NCBI GenBank assembly: GCA_947589425.1
Contig: CANQAV010000003.1
Span: 38,186-102,185 of the forward strand
DNA: 64,000 nucleotides
Reading direction: 5' to 3'
DNA from: Candidatus Gastranaerophilales bacterium
GTDB lineage: Bacteria; Cyanobacteriota; Vampirovibrionia; Gastranaerophilales; Gastranaerophilaceae
Both the position numbers and the translations under genes were made by a program. The stretch's first letter is position 1. Each line of letters opens with the position of its first letter. Below the pieces are notes generated by a model, which did not search any database, was not told the origin of the DNA, and saw nothing but the letters and a program-made list of their open reading frames with translations. This document shows positions 49,503 to 59,188 of the stretch, one piece after another.

Positions 49503-50856
49503 TAAATTCCGCCTCAACTAAATCTGATGCAACGCCATGGCGGGTTTTGCCCCAATCCATGGTCTTTTTGGTAAATATTATTTTAAATATGATAATAATT
49601 GCTATCGGAAACCAAATAGTAATGAAATAAACAGATGTCAGGCAGGATTCCCAAAAAGCCTTTAAAAATGAATAATTGCAATATTTTCTTAAACTGTATA
49701 TAAACCCCGATAAAAAGAATACCGCAGTTGACAAGATTAAAATAATTGAAGATAAAATGCAGTTTGTATCCCCTTTAACAAAGTGAAATGCCTGAATAAA
49801 AATTTCCGCAATAAGCCAGAAAGGAAGCAAAAATTCCGTGATATAGGCAATTAAATCAAAACCGACACGAAGGGACATATCTTTTGAAAAGAATACATCT
49901 TTTGCATATTCAAGATATCTTCGAATTGAGCCTTCAACCCACCTTCTTCTTTGCCTGATTAAAGGAATAAAACCTATAACCCCTTCTTCATATACTTTTG
50001 TATCCGGACAAAAACGAATATCCCAGCCTTTTACGTGTAATCTTGTTGACATATCAAGGTCATCCGTGATTGTTTCTTCATTCCAGCCTTCTATACTGTT
50101 TAGCGCTTCTCTTTTAATTAATTCTCCGTTTCCTCTTAATTCTACTGCGCCTCGAACGGCATCTCTGCCCGTTTGTATGTGAGTATCAAGAATATATTCA
50201 TTAAATTGACATTTTGTTAAAAAATTCTGTTTTGCATTAACTATAACTTTCTGTGCTTGAACTGCGCCAACGTCAACGGGCGCTAAATTAACAATCATTT
50301 TAGTAAGAAAATCGGGTTTAATTTTTGCATCCGCATCAAAAACCAAAATCGCATCTCCTTTTGCAATTTTCATTGCATCATTTAAAACTGCGGATTTGCC
50401 GGGGGTTGCTTCTTTTCTTCTTATGATTGCTTTGATTTTATCGTATTTTTCGGCAAGATTTCTTACAATTGATGCCGTATCGTCCGTACTTCTGTCATCA
50501 ATTAAAATAATTTCAAAATCACTATATTGAAGCTCAAGAACATTTAAAGCGGTTTTTTCAATAACTTCGCTTTCGTTGTGGCAGGGGATTAAAACGGACA
50601 CAAAGGGGTGATAATCATAATTCAAAAGAGGGGGATTTTTTTTAAGTTTTCTTTTTCGGTATTTTGTAACAACCCACATATAAATGCAGTACAAAAACAT
50701 AAACCCGATTAAAAACAATAAAGCCCAGGTTGTATTAAAATAATTCTGGAAAATGACCAAAAATGCTATAAGGAATGAAATTATGATTAATAGAGTAATT
50801 CTTTCTTTCATTGATGGATTTTTCAATCTCCCCCGATTATATTTTGATTTTATCAA
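49495..50856 (-). CDS. Processive family-2 glycosyltransferase (NodC/IcaA/cellulose-synthase-like)
   Basis: Motifs LIPCHNE, ILIDDRSTDDT, VFDADA, TITDDLD and QRRRW, with TM helices at both ends. Start is uncertain (TTG 50856 or ATG 50811). Confidence 0.85.
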   Translation of the reverse strand: MIKSKYNRGRLKNPSMKERITLLIIISFLIAFLVIFQNYFNTTWALLFLIGFMFLYCIYMWVVTKYRKRKLKKNPPLLNYDYHPFVSVLIPCHNESEVIEKTALNVLELQYSDFEIILIDDRSTDDTASIVRNLAEKYDKIKAIIRRKEATPGKSAVLNDAMKIAKGDAILVFDADAKIKPDFLTKMIVNLAPVDVGAVQAQKVIVNAKQNFLTKCQFNEYILDTHIQTGRDAVRGAVELRGNGELIKREALNSIEGWNEETITDDLDMSTRLHVKGWDIRFCPDTKVYEEGVIGFIPLIRQRRRWVEGSIRRYLEYAKDVFFSKDMSLRVGFDLIAYITEFLLPFWLIAEIFIQAFHFVKGDTNCILSSIILILSTAVFFLSGFIYSLRKYCNYSFLKAFWESCLTSVYFITIWFPIAIIIIFKIIFTKKTMDWGKTRHGVASDLVEAEFNG

Positions 50857-50886
50857 AAACAGTTAAAAAAATAAAAAAAGATACAT

Positions 50887-52113
50887 TTATTCATATCTCA
50901 GCGCATCTATCGGATTTAATAAAGATGCTTTATAAGCAGGATAATACCCGAAACCTATTCCGACAAGTCCCGAAAAACCAAAAGACAAAAGTATGGGCGA
51001 AATTGTAATTACAATTGCCGTTTGAAACAATGCTCCCACTAAAAGAGCGATAATTATTCCCGATATTACTCCGATTAACCCGCCGATTAAAGATAAAACC
51101 AATGCTTCAATTAAAAACTGCATTCTGATATCCTGCGCCCTTGCTCCTATTGCCATACGAATTCCGATTTCTTTTGTACGCTCCGTAACGGATACAAGCA
51201 TAATATTCATAATGCCTATACCTCCTACAATTAAAGAAACGGAAGCAATTGAAGCCAAAAGTATTCCGAAGGTTTGTACCGTTGATTTCATTTTTTCCTG
51301 AAATTCCGCACTGTTTCTTATTTCAAAGTCGTTTTCCTGAGTTTTACCGAGATTATGACGGCGCCTTAAAACTTCTTCTATATCTTTTTGAGCAATATCG
51401 GTATCTTCAAGCGAAAGCGCCTTTACGATTATTTGATTAACGCTTCCGGGGAAATCCGTTCCGAAAACTTTTCTTTGAGCGGTTGTTATCGGGATAAATA
51501 TTAAATCATCCTGATCCATCGGCCCCATTTGACCTTTTGATTTGAGAGTGCCTATTATTTTAAAAGGAACATTCCCGACTCTTATTGTTTTAGAGAGGGA
51601 ATTGACATCTCCAAAAAGCTCTCTTTCAACGGTTGAGCCTATTATGGCTACTTTTGAAGCGTTTAATTCATCATCATAAGTAAAAGCTCTTCCTGATTGA
51701 ATTTCATAATTTTTTACGTACAGATAAGGCGTAGTTATTCCGTATACCGAAGTCTGCCAGTTTTGATTGCCGTACATTACCTGTTTTGATGAATTTATAA
51801 CGGGAGCAACGGCATCAACCCCTCTTGCGGTTTTTTTAATAGCATCGGCATCTTTTAGGCTCAGAGTGGGTTTTGTACCTATACCCATTGAAATACCGCC
51901 TGTTTTTGCGGTTGCGGAACGTATTGTAAGAAGGTTTGAGCCCATGGATTCCATATTTGCCTGCACCTGTTTATTTGCGCCCGAGCCGATTGCAAGCATT
52001 ATAATAACGGCGCTCACCCCGATAATTATACCTAAAGACGTCAAAGCAGAGCGCATTTTATTAACTTTTAGCGAATTTAGAGCTATTCTGAATGTAGATT
52101 TATAGTCAATCAT
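50887..52113 (-). CDS. MacB/DevC-type ABC permease (MacB periplasmic domain + FtsX)
   Basis: FRIALNSLKVNKMRSALTSLGIIIG, a large periplasmic loop and a C-terminal FtsX 4-TM region. I prefer ATG 52113. The longest ORF starts at 52155 and overlaps the ATPase gene by 31 nt. Confidence 0.88.
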   Translation of the reverse strand: MIDYKSTFRIALNSLKVNKMRSALTSLGIIIGVSAVIIMLAIGSGANKQVQANMESMGSNLLTIRSATAKTGGISMGIGTKPTLSLKDADAIKKTARGVDAVAPVINSSKQVMYGNQNWQTSVYGITTPYLYVKNYEIQSGRAFTYDDELNASKVAIIGSTVERELFGDVNSLSKTIRVGNVPFKIIGTLKSKGQMGPMDQDDLIFIPITTAQRKVFGTDFPGSVNQIIVKALSLEDTDIAQKDIEEVLRRRHNLGKTQENDFEIRNSAEFQEKMKSTVQTFGILLASIASVSLIVGGIGIMNIMLVSVTERTKEIGIRMAIGARAQDIRMQFLIEALVLSLIGGLIGVISGIIIALLVGALFQTAIVITISPILLSFGFSGLVGIGFGYYPAYKASLLNPIDALRYE

Positions 52114-52124
52114 ATATTTAATAC

Positions 52125-52841
52125 CTAGGTTTCTCTGTTTCTTTGCTTCATCCACTCTTTTTTGGGCAAATCGGATACGATTTTTCCGTCTTTAAATTTA
52201 ATTATTCTTTTTGTATATTGCGCAATATCAGGTTCATGAGTAACCAGAACTACCGTTTTTTGAAATTTTTCATTTAAGCTCACAAAAAATTCCATAACAT
52301 CAATACTTGTTTTGGTATCTAAATTACCCGTAGGCTCATCCGCCAATATTAAAGGCGCATCATTTACAATTGCACGGGCAATTGCAACCCTTTGCTGCTG
52401 ACCGCCGGACATTTGAGAGGGCATGTTGTTTTCTTTTTTATCTAAGCCCACAATTTTCAGTGCTTCACGGGCTTTTTCATATCTTTTTTCTTCGGGTATT
52501 CCTTTGTATATCATTGGCAAACACACATTATCAATTGCGGATGTTCTTGAAATCAAATTAAAACCCTGAAAAACAAAACCTATTTTATTGTTTCTTATAT
52601 CGGACAATTCATCGCTTGAAAGGGAAAATACGTCAACTCCATCAAGATGATATTGTCCCGAAGTAGGTCTATCAAGGGTCCCGAGCATATTCATACAGGT
52701 TGATTTACCCGAGCCCGACGTACCCATGATTGCAACAAATTCGCCCTCTTCAACACTGAAAGATATATCATTTAAAGCGAAAAACTCCTCTTCGCCCATT
52801 TGATATATCTTAATTGCATGCTCAACTTCAATTAATGCCAT
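52125..52841 (-). CDS. ABC transporter ATP-binding protein (MacB/LolD/DevA type)
   Basis: Walker A GTSGSGKST, signature SGGQQQRVAIARA, Walker B LILADEPT. Confidence 0.95.
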   Translation of the reverse strand: MALIEVEHAIKIYQMGEEEFFALNDISFSVEEGEFVAIMGTSGSGKSTCMNMLGTLDRPTSGQYHLDGVDVFSLSSDELSDIRNNKIGFVFQGFNLISRTSAIDNVCLPMIYKGIPEEKRYEKAREALKIVGLDKKENNMPSQMSGGQQQRVAIARAIVNDAPLILADEPTGNLDTKTSIDVMEFFVSLNEKFQKTVVLVTHEPDIAQYTKRIIKFKDGKIVSDLPKKEWMKQRNRET

Positions 52842-52848
52842 TTTTCAC

Positions 52849-53994
52849 CTACATCGGACGTCTTGGGACTGCGGATTTTTTATTTTTTTTGCCTGATTCG
52901 GATATTATTACCCTGTCTTTTTCTTTAATTTCTTTTGATATTATCTGAGTTTTGTTATCATCCGAAGCACCCAGTTCAACATCATATCTTTTAGGTCCTG
53001 TTTTAGTCAGTATCCAAATGCCCTGTTTTTCATATTTTTTGGTATTATCCGAAGGTGTGAATTTTAATGCTTTATTATCTACGCACAAAACATCTTTTAC
53101 TTCGTTTGTGATTATGGAAACATTTGCGCTCATTCCCGGTATTACAAGTCCTTCGTCGTTATCAACCGAGATAATTACCGTATATGTTACAACGTTATTT
53201 GTTGTGGTTGATGCAAGGCGAACTTGAGTCACCTTGCCTTCAAAAATTCTGTCCTGATAGCCGTCAAGCGTATACTGAGCAGTCTGTCCCACTTTAATTT
53301 TGCCGATATCCGCTTCCGATACGCTTGTTTCAATCTGCATTTTCGTTAAATCTTTTGCAACTTCAAACAACGTAGGAGTGTTAAAGCTTGCCGCAACCGT
53401 TTGACCGACATCAACCGCACGGGATATAACGGTACCGTCAACGGGAGATACGATTTTTGAATATCTTAAATTTGTTTTATTATTGTCCAAAGTTGCGCTT
53501 GCTGCGCTTACTTCGGCTTTTGTTGCATCAACTTCGGCTTTTGCTTGAAGGTAATTTGCCTGTGCAAGTTCAACGTCGTCTTTTGAAACATAATTTTTTT
53601 CATACAGATGTTTATATCTTTGATAATTATTTTTCTTATAAGCAAGAGTAGAGCTTGCTTTTTGATAACTTGCTTTTGCGTTTCTTAATTTTGCTTCCGC
53701 CTGTTCAACGTTTGCCTGAAACAAGCTGGGGTCAAGCTCTGCTAACAGGTCGCCTTTTTTTACAACCGAATTGAAATCAACATAAATTTTTTGTACCGTT
53801 CCCGATACTTGAGTACCGACCGTAATTGTATTAATCGGTTTAATTGTGCCTGAAGCTTCAACATATTGCGTAATTGACTGTTTTGTTATTTCTTTTGTAA
53901 CATATTTCGTTGAATGACGGATTATTGCGCCAATTAAAACAAATGCCAAGATTACCGCTAAAACCGATGCTGTTATTATATACCGTTTTTTCAT
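52849..53994 (-). CDS. HlyD/MacA/DevB-family periplasmic adaptor
   Basis: 381 aa. N-terminal anchor, lipoyl-like half motifs (GDLLAELDP; SPVDGTV) and a coiled-coil hairpin. Confidence 0.9.
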   Translation of the reverse strand: MKKRYIITASVLAVILAFVLIGAIIRHSTKYVTKEITKQSITQYVEASGTIKPINTITVGTQVSGTVQKIYVDFNSVVKKGDLLAELDPSLFQANVEQAEAKLRNAKASYQKASSTLAYKKNNYQRYKHLYEKNYVSKDDVELAQANYLQAKAEVDATKAEVSAASATLDNNKTNLRYSKIVSPVDGTVISRAVDVGQTVAASFNTPTLFEVAKDLTKMQIETSVSEADIGKIKVGQTAQYTLDGYQDRIFEGKVTQVRLASTTTNNVVTYTVIISVDNDEGLVIPGMSANVSIITNEVKDVLCVDNKALKFTPSDNTKKYEKQGIWILTKTGPKRYDVELGASDDNKTQIISKEIKEKDRVIISESGKKNKKSAVPRRPM

Positions 53995-55562
53995 TTAACC
54001 CCCATGGATTTGAGTAGAGTTTCTCTTGCAACATTATAATTAAACACGGCTTCAACAAAATTGAGCTGTGAATTGTTGTAGTTTGTAAGTGCATCCTGTA
54101 ATTCGACATAGTTGTTAAGACCGACGCTGTATCTTCCGTCCGCAAGTTCAAAGTTTTCTAAAGTTGCTTTTACTTTTAAATTCATAAGAGGAATTTTGCG
54201 CTCTAATTGGCGCATATTAATGTAGTTAGTCTGAACTTCCCAAAATATGTCGGATTTTGCAATGTTTAAATTGTGATATGCAATATCAAGATAATTCTGT
54301 CCTTCTTTTACCTGATAGTGAATTCCGTATGGATTAACAGAGCCGATTCCGATACTTGCTCCGATTTGAAGAGGACTTGAATATGTTGATTCGTTTTTTG
54401 TGTAGCCCCAGCTTAAATCCCCCGTAATTTCGGGAGCATAAGAGCGTTTTATTGCCTTAAGGGATTCTTCCTGCACTTGTGCAAGCATTTCGTTTGATTT
54501 TAAATCGGGTCTTAATTCAAGAGCCTGATCAACTGCTTCTTGTCTTGAAAGAACAAGCGGTTTAAATTCAAAATTTTGAATTATATCCTTGTGCTCAATT
54601 CCGCTTGTGAGCATTATAAGTCCGTCGGGAGTCTTTTTAAAGCCTTCCTGAGGTTTAATTGTGGTAAAACTTTCAACTTTTTTTCTGTAGTCTGCTTTTA
54701 AAAATCCGAAATTTTCGGTATTTTTGACAATAAAATCTTCATCTTCCTGATAATACATGGAATTTTTTAAAGCTACAATAGCCGTTTCAAGAGTATTTTG
54801 CCCTTCAACAAGCTGTATTTTGGCATCGGTTAAATTAACCTGTGCGTTAACAACGTCGATTTTAGACTTTAAACCCTCGTCAAACATTGCTTTTGTACGT
54901 TCATAGTTAAGGGTTTGTATTCTGACATTTTGTTCATATATATCAAGATTTGCAAGTGCGGATAACACCCTGTAATAGTTGATTTTAACGTCATATACAA
55001 CATTTAATACTTCATAATCATAATCATATTGGGCAGACATTGTGTCATATTTTGCCATATTAATTCTTGCCGCAGTTCTGCCAAAATCCCATATCATCTC
55101 TGAAATTCCGACATTAAAGCCGATTGAATTATCATGAGAATTAACAATTCTTGTACCGCTGTTTCCGCTGTGATTATAGCTGACCCTTCCAGTCAGGCGG
55201 GGAGCATAATTTGAGCGGGCTTCCCCGATTGCAGCTTTAGAAGCTTCAATTCTGTTTTGAGAAATTGCCAAATCGGGATTATGCAAAAGTGCATAATCAA
55301 CGCAATCATCAATTGTCATAACGGAGAGATTTTGGCTTCTTCTTCCCAATGATGTAATTTTCGGAAGTTTTATTTCTTCAACCTTTGATTTTCTTTTGGA
55401 AGCTTTCGGGGGTTTTTGGGTTTTATTTTTGTTAAACCATAAAAAATGTTTTTTATTTTGATTTTCATTCGGCACATTTTCTTCAATGGCAAAACAAGCT
55501 GTGCTATTGAAGAAAGATAAAATTAAAATTGACGACAAAAATATTTTTTTAATATTTTTCAC
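53991..55562 (-). CDS. TolC-family outer membrane channel
   Basis: 523 aa. Signal peptide (FFNSTACFA) and two OEP repeats with long coiled segments. 4-nt overlap with the adaptor gene. GTG start. Confidence 0.88.
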   Translation of the reverse strand: MKNIKKIFLSSILILSFFNSTACFAIEENVPNENQNKKHFLWFNKNKTQKPPKASKRKSKVEEIKLPKITSLGRRSQNLSVMTIDDCVDYALLHNPDLAISQNRIEASKAAIGEARSNYAPRLTGRVSYNHSGNSGTRIVNSHDNSIGFNVGISEMIWDFGRTAARINMAKYDTMSAQYDYDYEVLNVVYDVKINYYRVLSALANLDIYEQNVRIQTLNYERTKAMFDEGLKSKIDVVNAQVNLTDAKIQLVEGQNTLETAIVALKNSMYYQEDEDFIVKNTENFGFLKADYRKKVESFTTIKPQEGFKKTPDGLIMLTSGIEHKDIIQNFEFKPLVLSRQEAVDQALELRPDLKSNEMLAQVQEESLKAIKRSYAPEITGDLSWGYTKNESTYSSPLQIGASIGIGSVNPYGIHYQVKEGQNYLDIAYHNLNIAKSDIFWEVQTNYINMRQLERKIPLMNLKVKATLENFELADGRYSVGLNNYVELQDALTNYNNSQLNFVEAVFNYNVARETLLKSMGVK

Positions 55563-55619
55563 TCATCTCCTCCGAGGTTAATCAAAATTATAACCCAATA
55601 AACAAAAAAATACACTATC

Positions 55620-56876
55620 TTAATATTTGTTTTTAAGAAGCTCTTCAACAACGGCAATGAGTGCAATTTTAACGTGGAAATAACTCAAGCCGCCCTGTAA
55701 ATATATGGCATAAGGAAATCTTACGGGGCCGTCCGCCGATAATTCTATAGTAGAGCCTTCAATGAAACTTCCGCCCGCCATAAGCAGATTACAGTCATAT
55801 CCGGGAACTGTATCGGGAATTGGAGTAAGATAGCTTTCAATCGGGGAATTTTTTTGTATCATTGCACAAAATGCCTGTTGTTCTTTTTCATTATTTAATT
55901 TTATTGTCTGAATTAAGTCTGTTCTTTTTGTTTGATGTGAAGGAAACGTGCAAAAGCCCATATCTTCAAACACTTTCGCAGCTAAAATCGAGCCTTTGAG
56001 TGCATTTGAAACTATATTCGGAGCCATAAAAAATCCTTGAAGAATAATTCTTGTTTGATTATGCATAGCTCCGCCCTGCGCACCTATTCCGGGCGCCGTC
56101 AGACGGCGTGATGCCATATCCACATATTCTTTTTTCCCTGCTATATAGCCTCCGGCTTCTACTATACCCCCTCCGGGGTTTTTAATTAAACTTCCGGCAA
56201 TTAAGTCGGCTCCGACTTCGGTCGGCTCTTTTTTTTCGCAAAATTCGCCATAGCAGTTATCAACAAAACAACAGATATCGGGATTTTTATTTTTAACTTT
56301 TTTTATAATTTTTTCTATATCATCAATTGTCAGAGGATGTCTTAGGGAATATCCTCTTGAGCGCTGAATTAAAACCATTTTTGTATCGGGAAGAAGATAT
56401 TTTTCAATATTGTCAAAATCAACTTCAATTCCGTCTTTTAAAGGAACTTCGCTATATTTAACCCCATGCCCCATAAGGCTTGTATTAAAATCATCACAAT
56501 TAGGACGTGAGCCTATTATTTGCTGCATCGTATCATAAGGCTCTCCCGCAATTGAAACAAGCCTGTCATTGTGCCTTAAAACTCCAAACAAAGCACAGGC
56601 AATCGTATGAGAGCCCGAAACAAAATGCGGACGCACAATTGCGCTTTCGGTCTTGAAAACATCTTTATATACGCAATCAAGGGCTTCTCTGCCGATATCG
56701 TCGTGTCCGTAGCCTGTTACCGTGTAAAAATGTTCTTCCCCTATTTTATTTTTACAAAAAGCATCAAGGACTTTTTTTTGATTAAATTCATTTATTTCAT
56801 CACACTCGAGGAAAATATCCCGAAGGCTTTCCTGCGCATTATTTACAATTTCTTTTGCTTTTGTTGAGATATCCAT
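55620..56876 (-). CDS. YnbB-like PLP-dependent enzyme (methionine gamma-lyase / aluminium-resistance family)
   Basis: 418 aa. HFYTVTGYGHDDIGREALD, RPHFVSGSHTIA and SLIKNPGGG match my memory of the YnbB family. Confidence 0.7.
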   Translation of the reverse strand: MDISTKAKEIVNNAQESLRDIFLECDEINEFNQKKVLDAFCKNKIGEEHFYTVTGYGHDDIGREALDCVYKDVFKTESAIVRPHFVSGSHTIACALFGVLRHNDRLVSIAGEPYDTMQQIIGSRPNCDDFNTSLMGHGVKYSEVPLKDGIEVDFDNIEKYLLPDTKMVLIQRSRGYSLRHPLTIDDIEKIIKKVKNKNPDICCFVDNCYGEFCEKKEPTEVGADLIAGSLIKNPGGGIVEAGGYIAGKKEYVDMASRRLTAPGIGAQGGAMHNQTRIILQGFFMAPNIVSNALKGSILAAKVFEDMGFCTFPSHQTKRTDLIQTIKLNNEKEQQAFCAMIQKNSPIESYLTPIPDTVPGYDCNLLMAGGSFIEGSTIELSADGPVRFPYAIYLQGGLSYFHVKIALIAVVEELLKNKY

Positions 56877-56897
56877 AGAGCAATTTTAACACAAAAA

Positions 56898-56920
56898 AAT
56901 CACCTTATAAAAAGGTGATT
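56898..56920 (-). terminator. Intrinsic terminator after the 56939-57310 gene
   Basis: AATCACCTT-ATAAA-AAGGTGATT, followed by a T-run on the minus strand. Confidence 0.7.
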
Positions 56921-56938
56921 TGCTATATTAAATCTTTC

Positions 56939-57310
56939 TTATTCGCCGTAGTACATAATTTCAACGGCATAATCAGGAGCATCAATCATAGCGCCGTATT
57001 TAGAATATTTAAAAGGCTCTGATTGTTTTTCGCCATGTTGAAATATATTTTTTAATATTGCAAGACCGCCTGCAATAACTGCGCCGATACCTGCATATCT
57101 TAAAATTGAACGGCTTTGAGCACGCTGTGACATAACGGCTTTGCTGAAAGTATCTTTATTAAATACGGAAGAAAGGTCTTTTTTAGCAGGCAAAACATAG
57201 CGTGAAAGCGCACCAACAGAAGCACCCGCAGCGGTTGCAAGCATAACGTGTGCATTTCTTCTTTTTGGTGTTTGTGCTGAATTAATTGCCTTAATTTCCA
57301 TTTTATTCAC
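56939..57310 (-). CDS. Small membrane protein, unknown function
   Basis: 123 aa with two Gly/Ala-rich hydrophobic segments (VMLATAAGASVGAL; AGIGAVIAGGLAIL). Start is GTG 57310 or ATG 57301. Confidence 0.5.
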   Translation of the reverse strand: MNKMEIKAINSAQTPKRRNAHVMLATAAGASVGALSRYVLPAKKDLSSVFNKDTFSKAVMSQRAQSRSILRYAGIGAVIAGGLAILKNIFQHGEKQSEPFKYSKYGAMIDAPDYAVEIMYYGE

Positions 57311-57500
57311 GCTTTCTTCACAAGGTAATCATGTCAAAATCCCTTTTTTAAAAGGTTTGACACTAACAACTTACTCATCTTGATTTGGATTAAACTCAAA
57401 TCAGGTGTTTTAAAAATTTGATTTTGCCTAACGAATTCTCAAATTTTTACTATTGTATCACATAAAAATCACTATGTCAACACATGAAAAAATATAAAAA

Positions 57501-57782
57501 TTAATTTTCGGGGATTTGAATTTCGCTTCCGCTTTCTAAGGAAGAAGGAAGGATTTTAGAAGGGTCAAGCGTTCCCTGCGAGAACATTTCTTCGAGTCTT
57601 TTCTTTGTTTCTTTAAAAAGCTGTTCTTTTTCTTTGGGAGAAAAATTAAATTTATCGATAGCCGCTCTGATTTCTTCATCACTTGGCATTGTAAGGGCAT
57701 TTTGGATTGTATTTTCATCTTGTGCCAGTGCAACATTTAAAAATAAAAGCAGACTTAAAAATAAAAAAGTTAATTTTTTCAT
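57501..57782 (-). CDS. Small secreted protein, unknown function
   Basis: 93 aa. Clear signal peptide MKKLTFLFLSLLLFLNVALAQ. Confidence 0.55.
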   Translation of the reverse strand: MKKLTFLFLSLLLFLNVALAQDENTIQNALTMPSDEEIRAAIDKFNFSPKEKEQLFKETKKRLEEMFSQGTLDPSKILPSSLESGSEIQIPEN

Positions 57783-57817
57783 ATTTTTCTCCTTCTTTTT
57801 TATTATAGAATATTTTT

Positions 57818-59188
57818 ATGAGTTTTGTAAATGAGTTAAAAAATGCATGTCCTAATGATTTTCTTTCAAAAAAAGAAGATTTATTTGTATATGCTTATGA
57901 CACAACAAAAAATCCCGATAAAATCAATCTTCCTTTAGCGGTTGTGCATCCGAGAAATGCTTTTGAAGTATCTGAAGCAGTTAAAGTGTGTCAAAAATAT
58001 AATGTGGCAATTGTACCGAGAGCAAAAGGCACAAACCACTGCGGAGCAACAAGAATAGGAGAAAAATCAATTGTTGTTCATTTTTCAAAAATGGATAAAA
58101 TTATATCAATTGATAAAGAAAATCTTATTGCAATAGTTGAGCCCAATGTTGTAATCGGGGATTTGAATAAAGAGCTTGATAAATATAATCTTTTCTTTCC
58201 TCCCGATCCTTCAAATTTAAGCGTTTCAACAATAGGAGGGGCAATTGCTCTATGTTCCGGCGGACCGAGAACATTTAAATACGGAAATACAAAAGATTAT
58301 GTTATAAATCTGGAAGTGGTTTTAGCGGACGGAACGATTATCGAAACATCAAAAAATATTGCAAAAAATGTAACAGGATATAATATCACCTCTTTGTTTA
58401 CGGGCTCCGAAGGCACTTTAGGACTTATTACAAAAGCAACATTAAGGCTTATTCCAAAACCCCAGAGCCGTCTTTTAACTCTTGCATATTTTAACACCTT
58501 GGAAGATGCGGCAAAATGTACGAATAATATTATTAATCAAGGTTTTATACCTTCAACGATTGATTTAGTCGATAAAATTACTTTGCAGACAATTGAAAAA
58601 TATAATCCCTGCGGGCTTTTAGACAGTTATGAAGCCGCACTTTTAATTGAATTGGACGGTTTTTTTGATTGTGTTTTAATTGAAAACGAAATTTTAAAGA
58701 AAATTCTTGTTAATTCAAATGCAAAAAATATTGTTCAGGCAAAAAATGACGAAGAAAATGAAAATATCTGGAGAGCAAGAAGGAGCGCATTCAGTGCTTT
58801 GGGGCAGTTAAAGCCCAATGTTGTGACCGAAGATATTGTTGTAAAAAGAAGCGATATTATTAAATGTATTAAAAAAATCGCAGAACTGGCGGATAAATAT
58901 TCAATAATTACCGCTATAATGGGTCATATAGGAGACGGAAATATTCATCCCAACTTTGCACTTGACCTTGAGGATAAAATTCAAAAAGAAAATTTTGAAA
59001 AATTAAAAGACGAATTATTTCATTTTGCAATTTCAATCGGAGGAACTCTCTCAGCAGAGCACGGTATAGGGAATGAAAAGAAAAAATATCTTGAAGATGC
59101 GCTTGATAGGGGAGCTCATCAAATGATGAAAAAAATCAAAAATCTTCTTGATGAAAATTCTATCTTTAACCCTGATAAATCAATATGA
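57818..59188 (+). CDS. FAD-linked oxidase (GlcD / D-lactate dehydrogenase family)
   Basis: 456 aa. PCMH-type FAD-binding domain (PLAVVHPRNAFEVSEAVKVC...IVPRAKGTN) and C-terminal HGIGNEKKKY. Confidence 0.85.
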   Translation: MSFVNELKNACPNDFLSKKEDLFVYAYDTTKNPDKINLPLAVVHPRNAFEVSEAVKVCQKYNVAIVPRAKGTNHCGATRIGEKSIVVHFSKMDKIISIDKENLIAIVEPNVVIGDLNKELDKYNLFFPPDPSNLSVSTIGGAIALCSGGPRTFKYGNTKDYVINLEVVLADGTIIETSKNIAKNVTGYNITSLFTGSEGTLGLITKATLRLIPKPQSRLLTLAYFNTLEDAAKCTNNIINQGFIPSTIDLVDKITLQTIEKYNPCGLLDSYEAALLIELDGFFDCVLIENEILKKILVNSNAKNIVQAKNDEENENIWRARRSAFSALGQLKPNVVTEDIVVKRSDIIKCIKKIAELADKYSIITAIMGHIGDGNIHPNFALDLEDKIQKENFEKLKDELFHFAISIGGTLSAEHGIGNEKKKYLEDALDRGAHQMMKKIKNLLDENSIFNPDKSI

